From contig JAHLWZ010000868.1 in assembly GCA_020536535.1 (NCBI GenBank), positions 1 through 64,000 of the forward strand: a stretch of DNA of 64,000 nt. The letters run 5' to 3'. How positions within the stretch are numbered: position 1 is the stretch's first letter; every line of letters begins with the position of its first letter. The stretch is from Pelomyxa schiedti. Lineage: Eukaryota > Protista > Evosea. Under the pieces are notes generated by a model. That model did no database searches and was not told the DNA's origin. It worked only from the letters and a program-made list of their open reading frames with translations. Shown here in pieces: positions 10,844-22,983 of the stretch. Both the position numbers and the translations under genes were made by a program.

Positions 10844-12244
10844 ATGCGCAGCTTCGCTGTCCTGGTGTGTGTTGTCGTAGCCACGGCCGGGGTTGTTCTG
10901 TGCGAGCCAATCGTGACAGCAGATCTCGTGGCGAGCATAAACGCGTCGCCCAAGGCGCTGTGGCGCGCGTCGGCGGCGTCGCGGGTGGCGAGGATGGAGC
11001 GCAGCGACGCGGCGAGGCTGTGCGGAACCAAGTTGGAGGCGGCCGGGGGTACGCTTAGGGCGAGGCAGTACGGCGGGATTGTGGGACTGCCAGAGTCGTT
11101 TGATTCCAGGAAGCAGTGGCCCATGTGTGACTCGATGAACGACATTTGGGATCAATCGGATTGTGGTCTGTAACTTTTCTTTTTTTTTTTTTTTTTTTTT
11201 TTGTTTTTTGTTTTTTGTTTTGTTTTTTTAATAGGCACTGTACTACAACATTTTCTCTTAACAAACCTCACTTGTTTGCATAACAGGAAGCTGTTGGGTT
11301 TGTATCCTACCACCACACTGGTTTTCTTTTCATCCTCCCTTTTTTTAGGCTTTTGGGGCTGCTGAAACCATGTCAGATCGCGAGTGCATTGCTCGGGGCT
11401 ATGTGTGCTGCTAATAGAAGTTTCACTTTAGCCTCACTTGGCAAATTAGGATCTCGTTTTGTCGGCTGAAGATATTAATTCGTGCTTCACTACGTGTGGA
11501 AGTTGCAGTGGTGGCTACGTTTCTTGTGCCTGGGCCGATTGGCTTACATTAGGTGTTGTAACTCAGAGTTGCATGCCATATAGCATTCCTCGTGAGTACA
11601 ACGTAAACGTTCCAAATTCTTATTAAGCCCAACAAAAGCATGTTCAAATGATGAGAATTCCTCAAACCCTTGCCCAGAGGATCTGTACCCTACTCCCCCG
11701 TGCGAATCGCAGTGTGTTGATGGAACAGAACCCGTTCCATATCTTGGCAAAGATGCCTGGTCAGTATTTGGAGAATCGAGTATGTTTCTGCGTAATTGCA
11801 CTCGCGTAACCGGTTCAAGACTACTTGGCTGAGATATACAATAACGGACCTTGTGAACCAACATTCACAGGTCCGCTGTCAATCAATTGTTTGTCTATTA
11901 CGCTAACGTACCAATAGTTTATGAAGATTTCTATTCTTATACTGGAGGTATATACCATCACATAACAGGCAGCGCCGTGGGAGGGCATGCCGTCAAGTTT
12001 ATTGGCTGGGGAATCGAAAATGGAACCAAGTAAGCCTAAGGTACATGGTTTCCCTGACTCATTTCGCTAGGTTCTGGACAGCAGCAAACTCTTGGGGAGT
12101 GTAAGTTCTTCCACCTCACCCATCCAATTAACTAACACGGCCGGAATTAGGGACTGGGGAGAAAATGGCTTCTTCCGAATACTCCGTGGTACCAATGAAT
12201 GTGGAATAGAATCGGGTTGTTTTGGAGGCAACCCCGTAGTTTGA
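10844..12244 (+). CDS. Cathepsin B-like papain-family (C1A) cysteine protease precursor
   Basis: Signal peptide. [18 protein letters not shown]|SCW|AF (catalytic Cys), [11 protein letters not shown] (His), [16 protein letters not shown] (Asn), ECGIE. Confidence 0.95.
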
Positions 12245-12322
12245 GTTTTGCCAAAACAAACAAGTTGTGTCAAAACATTTGGATTTATTTTTATTTTTTT
12301 TTTCCTTTACCCCAAACTTCTT

Positions 12323-12525
12323 CGTGTCCATCCTTTTCCCTTGGGACTCTGAACAGGAATTCTGGGACGAAAGCTGTGGCCTGAGACTGGCCAAGCAGTT
12401 GAGGATCTCAGCCTCCGGCCCGCGGTTACAGGTTGATAAGGTTGTCCCAACACAACTGCACAATTCCCAGGGGAAACCCCTCAGTGGTTAGGCACAAAAA
12501 CGGCCCTCGCACTGGACCGTTTTTT
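12323..12525 (+). ncRNA. Candidate structured non-coding RNA, family unassigned
   Basis: Nested complementary segments seen by eye (CTGGGA/TCCCAG, GCAGTTG/CAACTGC, TGGCC/GGCCA, AGGGG-AAA-CCCCT), with a terminal hairpin followed by T6. Confidence 0.25.
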
Positions 12526-12762
12526 AAAAGAAAAAAGTCCAGGGCATTACTGCCAGTACAAATATAGGCGTTTTCTCATCAAATGAATGTCAATTGATGT
12601 CCGTTTTTTCTACGGAATTTACCTGCAGAACAGTGATTTGCCGGCGCGGGTCTCATCTTGGAAGCAATCAAAAGGCTGAAATAAACGTTTTCAGAACAAA
12701 CAAAAAAACAAAAAAAAAACAAAGAAACATCTTCTGTCTGTGTTGTTGTTGTTACGACTACA

Positions 12763-14747
12763 ATGGATTCAAAGGAGGACGGCACTAATATAACGACAAC
12801 GGAGGAGATCTCCGCTGTTACCGTTAGCGTCAGCGTGAATGTAGACAGTGGGGGGGGAGGGGGCAAAGATACACCTCCACAAAAAGGTGAGAAAGAGTAC
12901 AAAACGTACAAACGGAGGTGGGTGATGCTGGTTGCTTTTTGTCAATTGAGAGCATTGCACGAGGTTGCCTGGATCTCGTTTGCCCCAAGTATGTTTCTGG
13001 CCCGTGCTCCGTTGTTGAAACTAACGTGCTCCTCAGTTTCCTCGATTGTCAGTGTATTATTTGGTGTGAGTATCTCGGCTGTGAACACTCTGAGTACCGT
13101 GTACATGCTCACCTACATCATACTATCGCCATTGTCCGCTGTGATGATTTCTCAGTGGGGATTGCGCCCGGCCCTCTGCCTCAGTGCTGTGCTCACCGCG
13201 TTGGGCGGAGCCTTACGTTACGCTGGGGCACTTTGCTCCCAGTTTTGGGTTCTCTGGGGAGGTCAGTTGTTGATGAGCTGTGGGCAGCTCTTTACCTTGC
13301 AATCATCAACTTCTTTGAGCGCTTGCTGGTTCGGCTCTAGTGAAAGGACAAAGAGCACTACTATTGCGTATAGCTCCCAGCCTTCGTAGTCAATGAACTA
13401 ACAACACTTTCAGATATCTGAGTGGAGTCGTAGGTAATCTTGTGGCATTCTTAGTTGGTCCTGTGATAGTGGGAGATTCAGGTGAAAATTTTTCAGTAAG
13501 CAATCAAACCTCCTTGATGAAACTAATTGTTGGTTGAAAGTGGTGGATGTTGTCACAAGGCATTCTTTGTATCTGCGCTGCTCTATTCACTATTGTGCTC
13601 TTCAAGGCTCGACCCCCGTCACCACCTTCGGCGGTTTCGGATCTCCTTTTCTTTAGTTTACAAGTGCGCTATTCATTGAAATGGCTTTTACCTAATTCCA
13701 CAAGATCGAACCTCAAGAAACAGCCAAGAAATGCCTACAGGTTCCTTCAAAGGCCGACATAAAGATGGCGGCACTCACTGTACTGTCCTTGGCGTGGAAG
13801 CTTGGTACAAATTTAGGCTTTGTGTCTTGCCTTACAGCTTTCGGTCTGGTTACTGGAATGTATGTAGACAATACAGCCCTATTGGATTTTTAACTCTTAA
13901 AAAGATCCTGGACCGTAATGACAGTATTAGAACAAATAGTAAAAGCTGAAGGGTACTACGTACTTTGGTCTGTGTTTTCTCATATTTGTAGATATACAAG
14001 CTTCCAAAGTGGAGTGATGGGATCTGTATTGGTTGCATCTGGAGTTATTGCAAGTACATAAGTTCCATTGTTTTCCGCATGTTCCTTATGCTGAGTATTC
14101 AGGCTTCATTGCAAGTCCAATTGTAGATAGATTGAGGTGCTACAAGTTCGCTATGATAATGTGTTCCATTATTTCGCTTCTTCCACTACTTTTCTGTACT
14201 TGTTTTCTCAACTCAGTAAACTACGCCACTCTTATTGTGGTATGTCTTGTACTTGTCACAAATGGTGTTTTACTGATTCTGATCAAGTTATGCGGTGTTA
14301 TGGGAGTTGGAATGACTGCCATTGGACCTCTAGGATTGGTAACCATTTTTTTGACAAAGACACCCTCCATGCTGCTTAAGATACCATAGTAAAATAGGAA
14401 ACGGCTATTGAAGTGACATTCCCCATTTCGGAAGCTGTGACCTCCGTAGCTCTAATGTTTTGTGCCGAAGGCATCTCATTTGCTTTTGTATTTATAGCCA
14501 CTCCAATGGAGGTAATCCTTTTCCGCCTAGATACATGCACTCATTCTGAAACAGGATCCTTCAAGTGGAATGAGAAATTTTCTTGTTTGCTTCCATAACT
14601 ATCATCTGCCTAAGTTAATGCTTCTAGATTTTTTTGGATGTATTTTTACTAGTTGGGCTTCTAGCTTGCATCGCCATGCCTGCAAATTACAAGCGCCTTA
14701 AATATGAGCAAGAAGTACTAACTCACAACCCACTGAGCACACCCTAA
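12763..14747 (+). CDS. MFS transporter, FLVCR/SLC49-like
   Basis: YKRRWVML, WISFAP, WFGSSERTKST, RPPSPPSA, VTFPISEA and multiple hydrophobic TM exons. Confidence 0.9.
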
Positions 14748-14912
14748 AAACAAAACAAAAAAGCTCAAGCCATAAATCATTGAGACTCACCTTTTTTTTT
14801 TTCCCACAACATAGGTTCCCACCCCATTGACCCGCATAATTAGGAAAGCCGCAGGATAGATGAGGGGGGGACTTCAAGTACTCCAGTCGGAGATGCCTCC
14901 AACCACAGAGCC

Positions 14913-16631
14913 TCAGGCGAGGCGCCAGTCAGTCTTTGACCCGGGGCAAATACGGCGAACCTCAGGTTCTGCCCCAAACAGGTTCCAGAGTGCATTACAA
15001 CCCTTGTTGGGGCAACAATGTTGCGAAAGCCTATGTAGGATCATTGTGTATTAAATTTTGGGGAAAAAAAGAAGTTTTGTTTCAGATAAGAAACCTGCTG
15101 TTTTTACATGTCCCGATACAACAATGAAAGGCCAACTTTTGTCGTATACACGAGGGAGGAATTTCTGTGACATGTAGTAAGGAAGGTGCCCGGGCCCTGC
15201 AAATACGGCAATAAATAACAATGGAAAGTGAACATGTGTATTTACCCCAGCTGAATAAGTCTCGTCTCTCTAGTTCCTGAAGTTGTTGGTCAAGTGATGG
15301 CACATCCCAGTCACAGCGAAAATATGACTGTCCTTGTATACCAATTCCATGATGTACAAACAAGAAGTTGTCAAGTCGGAGTGCCCACGGTAAGGAATCT
15401 AGCCATAGTGAATGGATGGCAGACATATTACTGCGGAATTCTTCTTGTGAATTAGACATATATTGAGCGGGTGTCCCTACACCCAGCGAATTCCAGTAGT
15501 GGTGCCACTAAATTTTGGTTGGTTGGGAAAAAAGCCCAATGAAGAAGGTACATTCAGCCACCAGTCCACTGATTTAGCACCGCGGTAGTTATCATGCAAG
15601 GTACACAAGCAAGCAAGGTCGTGATTCCCAAGTATATGGTAAGCCAAACCAGGCATTTCCCACCGCAATGATATAAGAACGTCAAGGGTATCAACTACCT
15701 AGGCATTATGTCTTCAGTGATAAAGGATGGGGGAAAAAAAAGAACCTGTAGGTTGTTATCTATATAATCTCCCACAGTGACTACAGTGGGTGCCATTCCG
15801 TACGTTTGCTGTGCAATTTCAATCCCTTGGGATAAAACTTTCTTGAGGCAGTCAGCACGGCCATGTATGTCAGCTATCACCAGAACAGGCCGATTAGGGG
15901 TTGCACTCTTATTACTAGATATATTATTCCGTGTTTGATACATTGGCAGAGTCGGATTGGGACAGGTGAGAGAGTTCAAGAGATGTGAGGCAGCGACTAA
16001 ATTGGCCTGTCTGGAGAACGTGGGGGGTGTTAACTCAGATGTTTCCGCGGTATCAACGAATTTCGTTAAAGCAGCCTTCAGGATTTCCGCACGCTCAGAA
16101 CCCAGCAAAAGCCTGTCCCTTGCATAAGATGACAAGGTTGATATAACCAATGATCCAATAAGGTCCCTCTCTTCCGAAGTAGACGCTAATGAACTCTGGC
16201 AACTCCATTAAGGAGAACCCAAAAGGAGAAGGGAAAACAAGACTGTTAGAACACGGTAATGACAAAATCCCCAAAAAATATCGTGCTTACATGTTCAACA
16301 AGGAATCAAAAACAACACCAGAGTCCTGCCACGCCGGCGACCACTCCAATCTCCTGAGGGCCACCGCGCGCTTCCCTAAGATAGAACCAGGTGATGTCCC
16401 ACCGGTGGCGCACGTGAGGCTCGCGGTCAGCCCAGAAAGATGCGAGCACCAATCTGGCGCCCCAGGGGCCACACACAGTGGAGCCCTCTGTAAGGCCTGA
16501 TCTGCGATGTCCTCGACGGCTCCCCAGTCGAGAACGGAGAGCCGGTCACTGATGGCCGTGGCAAGCTTCTCAGGCCATTCGGAACCCCGAAGTTTCGTCC
16601 CGAAAACGCGTGGTACTTCGACGGCCGCCAT
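14913..16631 (-). CDS. Calcineurin-like metallophosphoesterase (ApaH/PrpA-like) with N-terminal extension
   Basis: IADIHG, VGDYID, LGNHD and FLFVHHG motifs. The junction of the first intron and the 3' end are uncertain. Confidence 0.8.
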
Positions 16632-16740
16632 CTAACGCTTTTCTATCGTTCTTTTGGGTTTTTTTTTTTTGTTTGTTTTTCCTTTGTTTCTTGGGAAGCC
16701 TTCTGTCTGCAGTTGCATCACTTTAATTAAGCGCTTGGAG
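16632..16740. promoter_or_regulatory. Very short bidirectional promoter/UTR region between divergent genes
   Basis: Only 109 bp separate the ATG of the phosphoesterase (-) from the ATG of NIP7 (+). Contains a T-rich tract. Confidence 0.5.
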
Positions 16741-17526
16741 ATGAGGCCGCTGACAGAGGAAGAAACGAGGGTGTTCTTTGAGAAGCTAGCAAACTTGTGA
16801 GTAGCGGCCGCGGGACTACAACTGGGAATTAATTGGTTTCCGTATGCAGCATAGGTCGCAACATCAAGCTGTTGCTTGAGCGCGAGGACGCCAAATACTG
16901 CTTCAGACTGCACGAGTCAAGGGTGTACTATTTGCGGGAAGACATTGAGCATCATGCGGTTTCAGTACCGAGGGATTTATTGTTGTCCGTCGGCGTGTGC
17001 TTCGGGAAATTTACGAAGCACGGCAAGTTCAAGTTACTTATCACATGCCTCGATTATCTCAGCCAGTATGCCAAGGTAGAGCATGTTGGCATGAGTTTAC
17101 TACCCAAACCCACTTACAAACAAAAAAAAAAAGCACAAACTGTGGATTAAGCCATCAGCAGAGATGTCGTTTTTGTATGGTAATCACATTCTTAAAGCTG
17201 GATTGGGTAGAATAACAGAAAACACCGAACAGTATGGTACCCCACAACCAAAGACCTCCATTTACCTTCATCATTTAGGAACCAAGGTGTTGTAATATTT
17301 TCCATGGCAGATGTTCCATTAGGTAAAGCCACCAAACAACAACAATTAAAAAAAGTAAACATAGCCAACACTCAAACCACTTTCCCTCGTTCCAGGTTTT
17401 GGAGTTATGGCACAATCCACGCAACAGTGTAGAAAAGTCACCCCTGAAGCAGTCATTTGTTACCACAATGCCGATGTTGGAGAGTATCTTCGTGAGGAAG
17501 AAACCTCCCTTGTTGGGAATGCATAA
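16741..17526 (+). CDS. NIP7: 60S ribosome biogenesis protein NIP7
   Basis: [80 protein letters not shown]. Confidence 0.97.
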
Positions 17527-17661
17527 ATTCAACTTTGTGAGATCTTTTGTTTTCTTTCTTGCTTGCTTTTGCCGTCCGGGCAATGCTGTCTTCACCTTGG
17601 CCAAGATCTGAATTTTCTTCTTTTTGATCGTTTCCAAAAAAGAAACACAAGACCAAAAAAA

Positions 17662-20600
17662 ATGTCAGGACGACACCACGGTTCGTCCTCGTCGTCGCGA
17701 AGTAGTGACGACCATCACTACCACGGACACACGGCGACCTCATCTTCATCGCGTCATCACTCGCACCACTCGGACGACCGGCACGACGATCGGCACGATG
17801 ACCGGCACCACCACTCCTCGCACTCTTCTTCTGCGTCCTCGCCTGGCGGCTCTTCGGCAACAGCAGCACCTGCGGCAGAAAAGCAGGCCGTAGCCGTCAA
17901 AAAGGAGCAAGAGGAGACCGCTACCAAGCCCAAAGTTGACGAGAAGGAGCTGGCGCCTGCCCCACCTTCAGCGGAGCCACTTACAACGACCGCCACCGCT
18001 GTTGCTACTGCCGCTGCCGTGAAGGCTGAATCCGCGGAGGGAAATAAGAACGGGAGTGAGGAACCGGAGGCAGTTGCCTCAGCAACGAAGGTTCCACAAG
18101 TTTCGGCGTCAGTGACCTCTTCTGCGTCTTCCACTGTCAATGATGCCCAACCGATTACTCTTCCGGAAGGACCAACTACGGGCAAGCGTGACGCAGAGCA
18201 CTCCCCTATGACAGAAGAAGCTGAGGAGAGCGTAGAGTACGCTGGTGACGCTCCATCCGAGTCTGCTGCAGATAGTAGTAAGCCTCGCGTAACGGCTGCG
18301 ATCGTTGGCAGTAGTGATCAGAATACTACGAGCACCACTAGCACCAGTGCAGTTTTGGGCCCTCCGAAGCCACCTTCTATCAAGCGAAGGAAGGGTAGGA
18401 ACACCCACATATAAACCCGAACTAACCAGAAATCATACACATAAGTTCTTGCATTCCAAAGTCTCTTTTTAAAAGGCATTCCATCTGCAGAGATGTACGA
18501 AAAGAGTTACATGCACAGAGGTAACATTCTTAGTTCCATGACACGTCATAACGCCACATACAGATGTTATCACACATATCGTGGCAACACAAGCAGACTT
18601 TGTTATAACTGGTAGTGTGGATGGACACATAAAATTTTGGAAGAAAGAACCTGTTGGGATTGAATTCGTAAAACACTTCCGTTCTCATATCGGTAGAAGC
18701 AATCAATAACATCTCTCTGTAACCTTTCCCAACAGGACCTATTACATCCCTTGCAGCCAGCAAAGATGGTCTAACCCTTGTCAGTACTTCAGTTGATAAA
18801 ACTTTCAAGATATATGACATTCAGACTTTTGGTACGATACGAAAATTTTCTCTGTAGACTCATCAAAATAGACATGGTTGATCTGTTCTCCTTACCTTAT
18901 GTACCGTCAACAAGTGAGTGGGTGACCAAAAAAGGGAAGATGCTTGCAATGTAAGCATATAAGTGTAGTCCCTTAATACTTACCTGTTTAGTGCCTCGAC
19001 AACGTCTCCTGTTATTTATTTTTATGATATTAACAAAGTGGGAATCGATAAGGATACAAAAACTGCTTTACCAGTTGCTAAAATGAGCTTGCATAGCCAA
19101 CCAGTAACTATAATAAAGGTAGTTTTAAATGTACAGTTCAAGAAATTAAGCGCCAGCAGTTCAATATTGCCCTTGGATTTGTTGCAAGTGTTGACAGAAG
19201 TGGTCTAATAGAATTCTGGAAACCAACTGGTGACTTCGGTTTTCCAGCTGATGCTGTGAAGTTCACTATGAAGTTGGATACGGATCTTTTCACTTTTTCT
19301 ATGGTTGCGCCGTGGTACCACATTTTATTTCTCATTTTCATGTAGAATAAAACGGTACCTGTGTCACTAGAGTTCTCTCCAAATGGCAAATTATTTGCGA
19401 CCATGGGAAAGGACAGAATGGTTAGAGTCTTCAACACACTAACAGGTAAGATTTATAGAACGTACAATGAATCTCTCAGTGTGTGGAATGCAATCCAGAA
19501 GGTGTGACAGATTTTTTTTATTAAACATGTGTGACTTCACAATAGTCAGAAGAAGATAATCCTTACAAGCTGGAACCAATTGATTTTGGAAGGCGTATTG
19601 CTGTCGAAAGGGAAATCGATGAGAAAGAAATGACACCCCCTTCTAACGTTGTCTTCGACGAATCTGGGCATTTCGTCTTGTATCCAAGTCTCATAGGAAT
19701 CAAGGGTACTTATGGTTATGACTCACTACTCTAATTAAATACTGTCTCAGTGGTTAACTTGGTTTCCGATTCTATTGTGCGCGTTTTGGGGAAAGTCGAA
19801 AGTTCCACGAGATTCCTGAATATTGCCGTTTTTCAAGTACCAAGCTTCTCCCCTGGAAACAAACCAACATATCTCAGGGAAAAAGTGAAGGTGACCTTGC
19901 TCTTGATACAAGGAACAGAAATGCCGATCCCGATCCAACTATTTTTTGCTGTGCCTATAAACAGCAACGGTTCTACCTATTCACAACAAGGGAGCCAACT
20001 GAGCCTGACGAGTATGCCAGTACTCTGTCCTTCACCTTCTCACCAGTCCTCTAGGGAAAACATCGTGGAAACAGGCCGTGATGTATTCAATGAACGACCA
20101 GCTGAAGTTACGAAAGGCGTGACACCCACTTCTTTACCTTCATCACGTTTGGCCAAAGCTGCAGTTATTCACACAACCATGGGAGACATATCAATCAAGC
20201 TGTTTCCAGTCGAGTTGAGTTTAGCCCGAAAACCAGCAATAGCTAATCACAAGACAGATGCCCGAAAACTGTGGAAAACTTTACAGTGCATAGTAAGAAC
20301 GGTTATTACAACGGGCACACATTCCACCGAGTCATAAAAGGATTTATGATACAGACTGGTGATCCTCTAGGTGAGTTCCATATGCATGCTTGGCCTTGTT
20401 CCCAACAAACAAAGGTGATGGAACTGGAGGCGAGTCCATCTGGGGTACAGACTTTGAAGATGAGTTTAACCGGTCTCTTCGCCATGACAGGCCCTTCACT
20501 GTATCCATGGCCAATGCTGGTTTGTGCTCTTCATTTCTACCACCCCACTTACATTTGCCAGGTCCCAATACAAACGGTTCCCAGTTCTTTATCACAACTG

Positions 20601-20776
20601 TTGCCATTCCTCGCTTGGACAACAAGCACACTGTGTTTGGGCGTGTAACCAAAGGTCAAGAGGTAGTTCTTGACATAGAGAGAGTGAAGACCGACAGGCT
20701 AGACAGGCCCCTCGCTGACGTAAAAATTGTGTGCGTGGACACTCTCTTTGAAGAAATCAAGGACGACGGCCACTAG
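17662..20776 (+). CDS. PPWD1: WD40 + cyclophilin spliceosomal PPIase
   Basis: [13 protein letters not shown]|[58 protein letters not shown]|[15 protein letters not shown]|[12 protein letters not shown]. Confidence 0.96.
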
Positions 20777-20868
20777 AAGCTCAGTTTCAGCCCCAATCAA
20801 TCAAGATTTAGAAGAACAAAAAAATTTTCCGTCTTTTGAAATTTTCCGAAAGTTAAACGTATTCGTGA

Positions 20869-21720
20869 ATGGCATCTGTGGGGTTGTCTTGCGCGGCGTG
20901 CCACGCACAGCACAACATTTTGAGGATTTTGTCTTGTATGTGTTCGCTATCCCACAACAAACAAATGAGCACACACTGAGCTACGAAAAGGCAAGCACAG
21001 GGCGTGCAAGGGGTGCGTGGAGCAGGCTACCGAGAGACACGAAGAAGCGCACCCAAACACGGGAAAGATGCCGAAGCCGAGGTACCAGGCCTGCCCTGTC
21101 TGCGGTGCCCAGACGAGATCTTTCCACTTCGCAGTTTCTGTGGCGTTTCGGTATGGAATCGGCATTAGTATGCACACGTACGAGGGGTACAGGGAGATGC
21201 AACTGAGTGAGCTGCAGGATCCAGCCACTGTGGCTGATATGGTGGAATTCATAGAGGAGCATCGGGGAATTGCGAGCCTGGAAGAGTTCACTCCCTCGAA
21301 TGCGCTGATGATTGAGGGTGGCTATCTGTCCGCTGACAATCATTGCATCGTGTCATCAACTAAAAGAATACCCCCGACTGGTCAGTTTGCCAGTTTCCAT
21401 GTTGACGAGCACAAATCCATTACACTACTCAAAGCTCTGAAGAGTTGTACACTCACACGGAGAGACACAGCCCCCTGGTGCATGTGCCCCACGCTATTTA
21501 TTCACTCCTAGGAGTTGTGAAAACAGGAACCCCACTGGTTGCTGCCTCAACCTTGATCTTCAAAACATTCGAGGAATACTTTCCGTATCTCAATTTGTGT
21601 GGTGAGACACATAAACATGCACAGAATAAACCCCGTAACACATACGACACAAAGAGCATTGAAGTAGTCTCGCTGGACGAAACCGTCACTGCGGCCCCGG
21701 CTACTTGTTTGTGGTGTTAA
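20869..21720 (+). CDS. Hypothetical protein with N-terminal CxxC motifs (putative Zn-binding)
   Basis: MASVGLSCAACH..., ACKGC, ACPVCG. Two inferred GT-AG introns join ORFs 21017-21511 and 21445-21720. Confidence 0.6.
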
Positions 21721-21990
21721 GAGTTCGTTGATGGTGCAAGCGAGAGTGAAAGTGATTCGCTGCTGAGCCACCGGCGATATACCTAATTGGGACGGGCTAA
21801 AGGTGATCTTTTTCCTGGAGAGAGATTCGGTGCCACTTTTCTCTGATTATAGGTGGCGTTTTAGTAAGCCGACAGAAAAGTTGGCCGCCGGAAGAAAACA
21901 TGCATCGGTTGATTTGATTTTCGGCATTTTCCCGGTTTTTTAAACTTTCTTTTCCTCGAGAGATATACAATAAAAAAAAAAAAAAACACC

Positions 21991-22886
21991 ATGCAGACCA
22001 CAACAACCATAGACTGCACGACAACAAACTTTTGCACCCAAGACACAGACAACACAGAAGACATTGACTTGTCACCAGAGGGGGAAGAATCACACATGAA
22101 TACGAACAACAGCAGAGGCGAGGTGTACTACGCCGTTCCCCAGGAACGATCTCCTTCCACTGCTCCGCCTGTTGCCCTTTTACTGTCTACGCTGGTTAGT
22201 TACACTGCGAACATGCACAGCAGCAGGCTAAACCACCGAAGACACGAGACGTGCTTTGAGGGCCGGTGTCTTCCACCGATCAGTCTCGAGGACTACCTGT
22301 CAAGGTAAAAAACCCGGATTGTTTTGTTTTTCTTCTGTCCATATCTGACATTCCGACAGAATAGAGACCCACGCAAACTGCTCCAAAGAGACATTCATTA
22401 CCGCGCTTGTTTATGTAGACAGAGTCATCCAGCTCAACCCTGGATTTCGAGTGACGTCAGCCAACGTCCACCGACTCATCCTGGCCTGTATTCTAATTGC
22501 GCTCAAAGTCCAGGAAGACCTGTTCTACACCAACAAGTTCTACTCCGCCATCGGGGGCGTTCCTCTTCCCGAACTCAATATGCTCGAACGCCGGCTCCTC
22601 AACTTGCTCAACTTCGAGCTTTTCGTGTCCGTGACTCAATTCGGAATGTACCAGGAAGCCCTCAACTCCGCAATTCATGTTGGTGCGTCCCTTCCCCTCC
22701 TCAAAACCACATTTCTCACTCAAACTCCTGAAAGTCCAACGAATTGCCGACGAGCAACAATTGGACGGACCGCATTTAGCGGAAAATGATGTTGATGATG
22801 GAGATCAGACTGGGGAGACTCCTCAGGCTGCTGCAGAGTTCGACGAGAATGAGGCACGGGACTCCCATAACGTGCCAGGTGAATGA
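21991..22886 (+). CDS. P/U-type (PHO80-like) cyclin
   Basis: FEGRCLPPISLEDYLSR|I, CSKETFITALVYVDR, NVHRLILACILIALK, YTNKFYSAIGGVPLPELNMLE. Confidence 0.93.
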
Positions 22887-22983
22887 TCACTATTATGGGT
22901 TGATCCCCGTTCACCTGTTGTAATAACACCGAATGTAAAAACCCAGTGAAAGTAAAAACAAAACTGAGTGTCAATTTTCATTA

